From assembly GCA_964270895.1 (NCBI GenBank), contig OZ185435.1: a DNA stretch of 64,000 bases. One strand, written 5' to 3'. Position 1 is the first letter of the stretch. Each line of letters starts with the position of its first letter. The stretch is from Podarcis filfolensis (lineage: Eukaryota). The notes beneath the pieces were generated by a model, which worked only from the letters and a program-made list of their open reading frames with translations, was not told where the DNA came from and did no database searches. Positions 1 to 10,823 of this stretch are shown here, in pieces. A program made the translations under genes and the position numbers.

Positions 1-1694
1 TTCTAACATTCATCAATTATTTTAAAACAGTCCTAATGATAAAAGAAAAAAAAGTAAAACAATCCAATCTTCATCCAGCATCCCTTCCTCCTGGTCCCGG
101 ATTTTGTCAGTCCTTTTTGTCCCATTAATCTAGCGCATTAACCTGGTATCCTTATACCCGAGGCCCTCAAGTCTCTTCCATGTCCCTTCCGCGACTCTTC
201 TTCATATTTTCCTTTCACTCGTGGGAACTCCAGCTTAGTAATGTTTTTGACCCTTTTCAGCAGATCAGCCCCATTTCCATAGTCCAGACTAAACTCCATG
301 TGATATTTAAACTCCTGTTTCAGATTCCCTCCAAAATTAAGAGCCCCCACAGCTCCAAACATCTGACGGCCCATTACCAGACTCAGAAAGTCCAAACATC
401 CCTGCATGGGAGGGTCAGTCCATTTCCATTTCCATTTCCATTTCCATTTCCAAACCAAACCAAACTTTATCTTTCCAAATCTGGTTTTTTCCAAATTCAT
501 TTATCAAATCCAAAGGCTCATGATCCTGCAGGGCCGCAACTCCCTCCATTTCTGGCACCCAGGATTCAGCAGTATCCTCTTCTCTCATCTGTGCTGTCAT
601 AGCACACTCCTGTTTTAGTTCCTGGGTAGGCTCCATGTAGTTTCCTACTGCCTGTTCAAAATTTCTGGTCGCATTAGTCATCAAAAGTCTTCTGGCTTAG
701 CTGATCCAATAGGGCATTTATTTTACAGAAAGCACCCAACAGAGCTTCTGAAAACATTGTCCTACAAGGTCACAAGTCCTTTCCCACGATTGTAATCTGT
801 ATCAGCTGCAAGCTCCTGAAGTTGGTTACAATTTCACAGTCTCCCTCTAGGGGGAAAACTTCTGTTTATTCTTTCTTTTAAGAACAATAGCAACAAAGTT
901 TCTTTTTTAAGATATTCAGTCAATATTTGTTCCTTTGAAATGCGAAAGGAAACAATGGAGTCACTATGTTACTTTTCTTTTAGCTGTCTGTCAAAAACAT
1001 TTGCCTCTGGTCAATGAGCTTCAAACGTCAGTCCTGACACTCCGCTCCAGGATCAGGACGGTGGAAAGTTACTTTACTTTAAACTCACTTCTGCAGGTTT
1101 AAACAGTCCAAAAAAAGATCCCCCTTCTTCTCCTGCTACCGAAGGGGGGTTCCACGATTTTAAATGATGAAAGCCAATCCTTTAAAAGTAATTTTCTAAG
1201 CTCTAGTTTACGTTGTCTTTGCTTTATTCTGACTACAAAGAAACGGAAGGCTGACTTCCTGTTTAGACCTTCCCGTTTCGGTACCAAATTGAGGTAAATT
1301 TTGAGTCCAATTCCTCTCTACTGGCCAGTCCTTATTTAAAATCCAATTGTTCGAGTTTTAAGTACTCACGGGTGATTCTTTAGATGCCAAATTGTCCCAG
1401 GAAAAAGGCAGCGCTCTCCGGCAACAGCTATGTGGCTTCGCTCCACGGAAAAAGCAGTAGACTCACAGCACCGTGCCACTTCCCCCTCTTCGCTTCGGAG
1501 CCCGTTAATGGGTTCCTTTGCGGGTTGGGGGGGCGCTAAAGGTGCCCGCCGAGTCCCATGCTCACAGGCTTCATCCGCCTGTGATTTTTTAAAGGGTCCC
1601 TGCTTCGCCGTAGTGGAAATGACCCGTTTCGCGCGGAGCTGGTCCCTCCAGTTCAGAGGAAGTCCGCCATTGCCGATGGCGCCACCCCGGAAGT
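1..1694 (-). mobile_element. 5' portion of an L1-clade LINE (or L1-derived non-autonomous element): CpG-rich 5' UTR plus degraded ORF1; runs off the left edge
   Basis: Starts ACTTCCGGGGTGGCGCCATCGGCAATGGCGG; CpG-dense 1400-1694; broken coiled-coil-like frame (ELKQEC...AESWVPEMEG...LDLINEFGKNQI) resembling L1 ORF1 LxDLENRxRRNN. Confidence 0.6.
421..465. repeat. (CATTTC)5(CAAAC)3 microsatellite
   Basis: Read directly. Confidence 0.95.
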
Positions 1695-1767
1695 TCTTAA
1701 CCCGAGGTAATATTTCTGGGTTAGCGGAGTCTGTAACCTGAAGCGTATGTAACCCGAGGTACCACTG
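1691..1767 (+). mobile_element. Right-hand fragment of Tigger/pogo-like MITE family A
   Basis: aagttcttaacccgaggtaatatttctggg...gaggtaccactg+TA matches the 3' end of the copies at 10582, 40043 and 52744. Confidence 0.9.
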
Positions 1768-2009
1768 TACACATGTCTGTTCCACCATTTATCTCACAAC
1801 AACCCCGCTAAGAGAAAGCGACAGGCGTGAAGTCACCCAGCGAGCATCTTGGCTTAGTGGGGATTTGAACCTCCACAGGCCAGCAACTCTAACAACCCTG
1901 ACAAAAACAATATCCAAAACAACTATGGCTCATTCGCCGATGCCCATGAGTATCTTGGGGAAGGATCTTACAATCCTTTTGCTGCGAACCTAGAGGCCCG
2001 CCCTTGTAC

Positions 2010-2168
2010 CTTTTTCTTCTGTTCGCTCCATTTGAGCTTCTTCCCCATTATCTCAATTATCCTTGGCAAGGCTTCATCGGCAGCCTGCACGTTCAGGAAG
2101 GCCAGGCGTGTGCGGCGAGCAATCACATCCACTGCAGTGCAGGCATACTCTTGGATTGCATACTCAAT
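2010..2168 (-). CDS. GPD2: GPD2 coding exon 12 (human exon 13): IEYAIQEYACTAVDVIARRTRLAFLNVQAADEALPRIIEIMGKKLKWSEQKKK
   Basis: 159 nt; acceptor aatattgtag, donor AAG|GTACAA; RRTRLAFL motif. Missed by the ORF track. Confidence 0.96.
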
Positions 2169-2278
2169 CTACAATATTTGAGACACAGAGAGAGAGAGAG
2201 CGCTCAAAGAACTGTTTCAGTTCGATAGCCTGGCTCTGGACAGAGAGATTACAATACTAAAAAGAAAAGGAAAAGAGG

Positions 2279-2315
2279 TAATGTAATGTAATATAATATA
2301 ATGTAATGTAATGTA
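2279..2315. repeat. (TAATG/TAATA)n pentanucleotide repeat
   Basis: Read directly. Confidence 0.85.
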
Positions 2316-3280
2316 TACAGACTGTGACTCAAGATGGAGTTACCCACCATCACCCTGATTCGAAAGCATATATTCTAGGCTACTGAGCTACTGAGCATTG
2401 TTACACTACAATGGTTCTCTGTCCTTTTGTTTTCTCGAATTAAAAAGAGGTGCATTTGGTATCGCATTTGATCAAAACACATTTCACCCAGAAATTCAGA
2501 GGTTATACTTCACATTCTCTTGGGCAGGGAAGGAGAAATTCATCCATAGGTATAACTATTCTTTAGAGAACTGCAATCCCTTCCCAACCTTAGTAGATCT
2601 TCCACCATCAGCACTTTACAAGGTACTCTTTGCACACTGCTACATGCCCTGAGTCAGTTCCTCCTAATATTCCCAGGATCCTTATATGATTGCCAGCGTT
2701 TTGACTGGCCACTGCAGCCGTGCCTTTGACAGCAGCTTGATGTGCAGACACACGAGCAGGTAACGCATGCTTATCTCACTGCAGTGTAAACCTGTCTAGC
2801 TTTACATCCTTTCTAGCTCATACGCGTACACAGAATTCCACGTGCTGCTTGCTTCTTCCTAAGCATACCACTCTCTTCAGTTCCTACCGGCAGCCCTGTT
2901 CTGCTTTCCCCCCTATGGGGAATGGGAAGGACAATTTGAGTTACCTGGATAACAGCAAGCATTCAGAATGTTAAAAGCACTTTCCCTATAATAACAACAA
3001 CCCTGTATGGTAGATCAGTATTTATCACGCTGGTGTCGTAGATGGGACTGAGAGATATTGGCTTGCCTAATGGCAGAGCCAAGATTTAAACGGGGGAAGT
3101 GTGGGAAGGGTAGGATGAGGCAGGGGAAACTTCGCTGTGTATAGTGCTACCTCTGTGAGTTGATGTCACCAGGCAGTAGGTAGAATAAGCATCTTCAAGG
3201 GAGCAGAGCATTTAAACACAACTGGGGTGGGGAGGAGAAGGAAAGAAGCAATACGACAACAAAGGGTCTCACTATCATAC

Positions 3281-3412
3281 CTCAGATTCAATGTAAGGAA
3301 ACTCGGAAACCAGGCGATTTCCAACAATAGGCCACCTCTTCCCGGTCACCTGGGCCAACTTTGCCACTTCAAAGGCCTTGTCCCCAAACGTATTTGAGAG
3401 ATGTTGGGCCAC
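3281..3412 (-). CDS. GPD2: GPD2 coding exon 11 (human exon 12): VAQHLSNTFGDKAFEVAKLAQVTGKRWPIVGNRLVSEFPYIESE
   Basis: 132 nt; acceptor tcctgtag, donor GAG|GTATGA. Missed by the ORF track. Confidence 0.96.
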
Positions 3413-4568
3413 CTACAGGATCAAGAGCGGGTTAAAAAAAGAACTGTTTCATCAGTCGGCACTTCCTAGAATACAGCTCCATCTAGACAGAGCTGCCCTT
3501 GACAGTTTTCCTGTGGCCTGTTAACTAATAGGCCAAAGGAGGCATCCGATGAGGGCTAGGTGGGAGGAAACGGCTCGTGCTGGGAACGCTTAGGCTAGCA
3601 CTAACACGGCTATGCATGTATCAATGGAACAGTGACTAATGACGCTTCAAGGTTTCTGCTACTGTCGTCACATTTGAAGAATAGCTTCACTTGGGACCAA
3701 GAAGCCAAGAGGCTTCTTCGACTGTCACAGTTAGGAGACAGGATGCGTGTGCGTGCGCACACTGATCAAAATTGGGATTGTGTAAATTGGGCTTACAGAG
3801 CATAGAATAATAACAACAACAGACATGATAGTAGTAATAATAATGGGTTAGGGCTCAATTTAGCCCAGTTAAACAACATTTATAGTTGGCTTTTAATCAT
3901 TTGATGAATGCGCTCTTTTAAAAAATCCTTAATCTAAACAAAGAACTTTGAATTAGGTAAGGGCCAAAATAAGAGGCATTTTGAGTGAGAGAAGGGAAGC
4001 CCCTTTCCCTTTCTTCCCTTGCCCAACAATTCCCAACCTTTTGCCTCACTCTAGCTTCTCCCGCTGCACCCTCTCCTCCTCTTCTCCATCATTCCCGGCC
4101 TTCATTCCAGTCTCTTCCATCCTTCTTTGCTTCCTGTGTGGCCCCTCTGAACACTTGTAGGCTGGTTGTAGTGGCAACACCTGGATCAGTTAGTAGGGCA
4201 GGGCAATGGTCCCTACCAACACCAGTATCCAGAGGATGAGTGAGATGGAAGTCACATACTCCTCTGCTCACAGAAGATGCTTCCACCAGATATGGGGTAA
4301 TTTCCTCCAACAGCCCCTCTGCAGTTAACCCAGCCCACACTGGGTCCTCGAGAAACCCTCGAGAAAGGTTGGGGGCTGGCTGCAGGAAGCTATGGAGGGC
4401 TAGGAAAGATCCTTTTTTGTAAACTGCTTTGGGGGTTTAGTACAATCAAGCTGCAAGTATTGTGAAATAAAAATAACGTTCCCCTCTGCTCACAGTTCTC
4501 CGGATCCAAGGTGTCGTATTCTTTACGGCAAAGTTTTAAGATTTAAAAAATCACACCACAAGCCTCAC

Positions 4569-4744
4569 CTCACTCTCAAGTCCATAATCTTGAACCAGTC
4601 GAATATAAAGAGTCGGGCTCCAACCCTCTCCACCCTGTAAGAAGAGACCCACTGTCTTACAGGGACCCGCGCGCAGGCCGTGAGCACGTACTGCAGCATC
4701 AATTGTATCCTCTGCCATCGAGCGATAGGTTGTCCATTTCCCAC
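4569..4744 (-). CDS. GPD2: GPD2 coding exon 10 (human exon 11): GGKWTTYRSMAEDTIDAAV...WSPTLYIRLVQDYGLESE
   Basis: 176 nt; acceptor atgtttccag, donor GAG|GTGAGG; GGKWTTYR catalytic-region motif. Confidence 0.97.
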
Positions 4745-5074
4745 CTGGAAACATTAATGTAAAAGGATACTGAAGGCACCCTGCATCCACCACTTCCTAT
4801 CTACCTCAACAATTTGTGGTTTGGGGTTTCTAAATTACAAAGTCAGGCTACAATCCAATACAAATCCCATGTAACAACCCTTAAAACTATTCTCCCTCGA
4901 AAAGTCCCATTGTTTCAGAACTGAGAACTGCAGTCTACCCATCTGACTAACTTCACTCGGTACCAAGTGCTAGACCATTAAAGTTAATGATCGATTAACT
5001 AATAAAGAATTCAATGACTAAAAAAGCCTGGCAGTTTATTAAGGTCAGAGCAAAGGCTCTTTCATGTTGGCTTG

Positions 5075-5290
5075 GTGTTGCATTCAACTTAGTGCTAAGG
5101 AGATCATTCCATCGGCGCAAACATTTCCACTTGCACAGCAGAACAATCTCCCCTCTCCTCTCCCCATGTGCTGTTCTGGAGGTTCTCCTGACCGTTCAGA
5201 GCAGATCTGGGGGGGGAGTGTTGGGGGCATGCAGAAGGAAAGCCCCATTGCATAAGTCGGAATCTTTGCATTGGCTGCAGCTAGTGCAAC
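5075..5290. repeat. Dispersed imperfect-palindrome repeat (copy 1)
   Basis: Aligns with 60151-60362 (gagatcattccatc...ctcccctctcctc...gttctcctgacc...agcagat(c/t)tgggg); gttgca...tgcaac ends. Confidence 0.75.
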
Positions 5291-5847
5291 CGCTGAGTTG
5301 AAAAGGCTCTATAATAGGGAGAATTGAGTGCCTGGGACCAGCGAATATGCCACACAGCTGTTTTGATTGCCTATTGCTTTATGAAGCACCTCTATTGCTT
5401 ACTGTCTTGCTAGAAGAATGTTCCTGTGCCTTGACCCAGACCTGATTGTTGCTCACATCAGCAGCTGGCAGGGAAAGATGAGGGTGGGTCTCTGATACAC
5501 CAGGGGTATGACTGGTATTGCTACTAATGACTTGAGGTGTGCAGTGTGCAGAGTCCTTTATATTTAAGTCACTTGTAGGCCAGTGCCTGTTCCCCTCTAA
5601 AAATGCGCTCATGGGGTCTTCCATCAAGCTAAGACAACTGAGCTAACAAACCTTAGTCTACAAATGTTTTCTGTTACCAAGAGGTAATGGGAGGGTGCCA
5701 TTTGAAACAAAACAAGAATTGTGCTGGAAGAGGGTGGCTTAGCCTTTCCACTTATTGCTTCTTTCAAGTGCAGAACCCAGCCACCTCACCCATTTCATCC
5801 CCCTCCCCCCGCCCAAGCATCTCAGGTTGAAAGTGAAGGTCTGGTAC

Positions 5848-5982
5848 CTGCTATAGTCACAAGGCCGCTGTCACTAACATGCACCACATGATTCCGAGAT
5901 ATGGACTGGGTGTCTTTAGAATTGGGGTCTGTTACTAGGGGACGAATCCCACTCCATGCAGCCAAGACATCGCCTCTCCTCA
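5848..5982 (-). CDS. GPD2: GPD2 coding exon 9 (human exon 10): VRRGDVLAAWSGIRPLVTDPNSKDTQSISRNHVVHVSDSGLVTIA
   Basis: 135 nt; acceptor cttttcaaccgcag, donor G|GTACCA. Confidence 0.97.
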
Positions 5983-7779
5983 CTGCGGTTGAAAAGAAAA
6001 AAAGAAATCCCATCAGAACAACAATTTTAAAAATAACAACAACAACAATTTTAAAAATATGCCATCAATGTAATCTTGGAGAAATAATATTGCCAGCTCC
6101 GCAAATGTTAATGACAGAAAGGTAAAGAAAGAAGAGGTACAACTGCATCTTTTGATTCAATGATGACTAATGTTCAAGCAGTGTATACTCATTTTTGAAA
6201 AGCGGGGTGTCAAAAAAACATAGTCTAATATACCCAAAATGAAAGTTTGCATCAATGGAAATCACATAGAAATATTTCCTGGATGTCAAAATTTAACAAC
6301 CACCAAGGTCTTAACATCATGAAACCTTTTGATCACAAAGGCATTATAAAAACCTGTTCCCACAGCCGTTCGAAGGCATGTGTCTTCTGCCATACAATGC
6401 TACAGTAGACAAGCAGCTAAGTACACATGCAGTTTATATTGACACACACCAAAGGGCCCTTCAAGCTCAATAGAATATTGAGAACATCCATGATCATTTT
6501 TAAGATTCTGGTCCTCCTAGAATCATATATACAATGGCCATACTTCGATAGCATGGTAAGCTATGTTGCTGGTATTATCACGATTCACATCATTGGATAG
6601 AGGGTGAATATCTGGAACCACAACTTGCTTATCTTCTTAGGAGCAGAATGATAACAAGCCTGCCTCTAACTTGCTTTCTGACATAGCAAGCAAAAAATAC
6701 AGCAGTTAACACACCTACTTCAAGTAATCCAATTGCTCATTTTTTCACTATGCTAATGAAGAACAGATAATCTATATGCTTGGGCAAACCTCAAAGTTAC
6801 TGTGTTTTTAGTACTGTGGCTTAAGTAGCCAAGTGCAAAAACACAATATGCCCGGAACTATTCAGATAAACCACTTGCCACACGCATGATACAAACCGAG
6901 CTTGGCCAGCCATGCACAAAATGACTGTGTTGAGTGGCTTCAAAAGTTTCACCATATTTTTATCTGGTCAAACCTTGGGAAAGAACACTGTAGTCATTCA
7001 CTGAATGCATTTTGTGGAAGGCGGATTTTCTGAGGGGCTCTGCATAGGTGAAGGAGGTCAAGAAAATTTAAAATTCATCGGTTTTCACACTTACGGTCAT
7101 CTGTTTGGATTTATTATTTCTTTTAGTACTCAGGTTACGCTGTTTCCTTTTGGACCACCTTAAAAGGGTCAGGAAAATGTCACTGCAGCCAACCACCAAA
7201 ACACTTTACTTCTCCACTTGTCATCAAGATAGAATAGAAGCCAAGGACCCTCCTCCATCAGTGGGTCTTATCAGATACTTCTCTTGAAAGCAACATGACA
7301 CCTTACCTTCCCAATCCAACTCAGCAATGAGCTACTTTCTCCTTGAATTTTGCATTGTGCACATCATTTCCTTTAGACCGCTTCATTGCATTGTTAAAAT
7401 TATGTGTTAATACTTTTTTTTTAACCAGAGGAAGTCTGCAAGCTTGCAGCAGGATCCCAACCCTTGAAACCATGTTTTGGAGGATGGGGAAATGATATGT
7501 CTCAACTGACCCAGTGCGACTACAATGCCACTCATCAGTTTCTTAAAGGGGAATTAATGTAACAAATAAAATGAAAATAAATACTCCGGCTGCTTCTACT
7601 TTTACTGGCTATAATTGCTCTATCTTCCTAACAAGCATGACCAATTATGCAGTTCAGGACCCCAGATCCTCAAAGACCGCCTCTCTCTTAAATGAACCAC
7701 CCCAGTCTCTGTGATAATTCATGTACCTCCTTCCATGGAAGGTTCAGAGGCTAGAGACACAAGATTGGGCCTTTTCACT

Positions 7780-8050
7780 GGGGATTCCCCTCTTGTGTAA
7801 ATATTACATGCCTGGTGCCATCTTTATCTATTTTTAAGGACCCAGAAAAGACTTTTCTCTTTACCCAGGCTTTTGGCCCTTAATTTGAAAAGCGGCATTA
7901 TGGCCTCATTTTAGTAAGATGGGATCTGTAAGCCATGCCTTTTATTTGTATGGATGTGTTTTTAGGTTTTTTTATTGGTTCTTTTAAACTGGTTTTAATG
8001 TAAGTCGCTTTGAGTCACTCTGGGGGGAAAAGAAACTAATAAATAAAAAT
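7780..8050 (+). mobile_element. L2 3' UTR fragment
   Basis: ctttacccaggcttttgg ... tgtaagtcgctttgagtc...aataaataaa. Confidence 0.6.
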
Positions 8051-9737
8051 TCTTTGTCTGTTTATCAATACAGCTATAACCTCCACAGGATCATTAGATT
8101 GTGACCACTGGTGGCACTAGCACAGAAAGGGTAGATGGTATGGGATAAAAACAGGTAAGCACTGTCAACAAATGTAAATTGAACTTTACCCAAAGTGGAG
8201 CAAATGTGAAAATATATATATATTGGGGGGAGGGGAGAGACACACAGAATGACAACCTCTTATTGCCTTCTGTAGCTATGTCCAGTGAATAGACTATTGC
8301 CACAGAAGTTTTAAACTTATAGCAAAGTATTTTATGTGTACCATAGTTTACTATCATTGCATCTATTCTCTTTTTAGAGCACACTTCCCTTCTTTTATTT
8401 CCTGGAAAACGTTTAATCTAACTCAACAGTCACTGCTAGGGCCTCTAATTACAAAAGTATTTTTTCTTAGCGCTTCTATTGAAAACAGGTTTGCAAGCCT
8501 ACAGTAGACTGTAAAGTGGGACAGGAATCTGAACAGGAAGTATGTTCTATAAGACTACATAACCTGACATCACTGGTCCAAAACGAAAAACACAAAATGA
8601 AGCAGCACACAGCAAGTGTTGTTGTTGTTGTTGTTACCCTCAATATGCTTCAGGAAGGACTAAGGCATAACAACCCATCAACAGATTTGCTTCAGTGTTT
8701 TCCAACCTAGGATGGCAGTCAGGCGAGTGAGCGCACAGTCTTTCCTTCTGCCAGATTTAAAAGGGAAATCTCCCAATGGAAGCTGAGAAACGCAGATTTA
8801 ATGAACAACCGTAGAGCCTCATACTTAATATCACAGAAGGTGTCATTTATTTTGACAATATAATTGAGGTAGTTTCAATATATAGTTTCTACACTATGGC
8901 CCAATGTCCCCCCACATAAGGTCTTTTTCCAGCAGAGAGGAAGGCTGTAAAACGCTGTAGGACTTTTCATAAAATAATAAATCATATCAAAGCACAACCA
9001 TCCAAGGGCCAGTTCACAGAATGACTGCTATAGCAATATAATATACAAGGTGAGTGGGGTGAGGGAACAGCTTTGCCACTGTAAGCATTCAATACCATAT
9101 GTAGTTAATACAAAACTCTGCCCCATTCACATACAAATATATACAGAGTTCACCTAACTGAGAAGAGCCTTTCCCTTCCAAAAAGGGAAGGAAGAAATGC
9201 AGAATTTTGGCAAATTTTATGAAGGCTCCCTTTGCATATTGCTTCTTCCTGTGCGTTATTCCTTCATCGGCCCATGTCCCTTAATCTGAAGGATACTGAT
9301 GCAATGGTTTGAAGGTCTGAACAAACCCAACGAACGCACAACAGAAATGTCACTAGAGCCAGGGGAGCAAAGTAAAAATGGGTGTTAGACATAAGACAAC
9401 TCAAATCCCTGCTCTGTCATGAAACTGTGTGTCCTTGAGTTGGTCACTTTCCCAGTCTCAAGCTTAGCATATGCCACAGGGCTGTTGCACAGATAAAATG
9501 GGTGTGAAATCTTAAGCTGCCCTAATCTCCTTGGAAGAAAGTCAGAATAAAATGTATGTGCTTTACAATGAAAAAAATGAAGTATGTGCAATTAACCCAA
9601 TATTGAAAGACCATGACTGTGAAAAAAGGAACACTGTTGGGTCCCAAAAGAGGAAGAAAATATTTTAGGCAACTAAGCATGATGGTCTGCTGATCAGCAG
9701 TTATATTGCACTTGCCTCCGATCATATTAGCTTTAAA

Positions 9738-10006
9738 TAATAATAATAATAAATTTTATTTCTATCCCACCCTCCCCAGCCAAAGCCGGGCTCAGAGCGG
9801 CTAACAACAGTAAAATGATAAAACATTCTAAAATCATTTCATTATAAAATTAATTCCAATCAGATTAATGGCAACCACTGGGCCAGAGTTCTGTGAGGAT
9901 TGCCAAAGGAGGGAGTCAGGCTGTGCCCTGGCCAAAGGCCTGGTGGAACAGCTCTGTCTTGCAGGCCCTGCGGAAAGATGTCAAGTCCCGCAGGGCCCTA
10001 GTCTCT
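9738..10006 (-). mobile_element. L2 3' fragment with (TAA)n tail
   Basis: ttttatttctatcccaccctcccc...gagcggctaac...ccaaaggcctggtggaac. Confidence 0.7.
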
Positions 10007-10149
10007 GTTACTAGTACTTAGTAGTCAAATTTATATTCCACCTTTCCATGAACAACACTCAAGGCAGCTAGTTGTTATCTCCACGTGGACATCAGCAAAT
10101 CTTGTAGGAGCCCTGACCTCAAAATCAAGCACACACAGAGTCCTGGAGA

Positions 10150-10400
10150 AGTCACAAGAACCTAAGAAGATCCTGCTGGACCCAGCCATTGGCCCATCTA
10201 GCCCAGCATCCTGTTTTCACAGTGGCCAACCAGATGCCTGCGGGAAACACACAAGCAGGACCTGAGCACAAGAGCTCTCTTCCTTTCTGTGGTCTCCAGC
10301 AACTGGCATTCGGAAGCATTGCTGTCTCCAGCTGTGGAAGCAAAGAATAGCTATCATGGCCAGTAGCCATGGATAAGCTTTCTCCTCCATGAATTTATTG
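10150..10400 (-). mobile_element. CR1 LINE 3' UTR fragment
   Basis: aagaacctaagaagatcctgctgga...ggcccatctagcccagcatcctg...cacagtggccaaccagatgcc. Confidence 0.75.
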
Positions 10401-10581
10401 ATTCATCTAAGTTGGTGGTCATGACTCATGTGAGAGTGAGCTACTCAATAATCTATGGCCTTTTAAAAGTGGGGAGACCGCTATTATTATTTTTCTGTGA
10501 TTTTTCTTAAAATTACTATGCTATGTAAATTATGTTTTCAAAATTGTACACCAGCCTGGGAACTTCAGATGAAGGGTACTA

Positions 10582-10823
10582 CAGTGGCACCTTGGGTTAA
10601 GAACTTAATTCGTTCCAGAGGTCTGTTCTTAACCTGAAACTGTTCTTAACCTGAAGCACCACTTTAGTTAACGGGGCCTCCTGTTGCCACTGTGGTGCCG
10701 CTGCACGATTTCTGTTCTTATCCTGAAGCAAAGTTCTTAACCCGAGGTAATATTTCTGGGTTAGCGGAGTCTGTAACCTGAAGCACATGTAACCTGAAGC
10801 GTATGTAACCCGAGGTACCACTA
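10582..10823 (+). mobile_element. Tigger/pogo-like (Tc1/mariner superfamily) MITE family A, 242 bp
   Basis: TIRs cagtgg(c/t)acct.. / ..aggtaccact(a), TA on both sides. Confidence 0.9.

Noticed and set aside
138-618. WKWKWK, FPFPFP and HFHFHF ORFs
   Set aside because: Reading frames through the (CATTTC)n microsatellite.
1-2009. Next GPD2 exon (EQLETARKFL...)
   Set aside because: No matching sequence found; it must lie left of the window.
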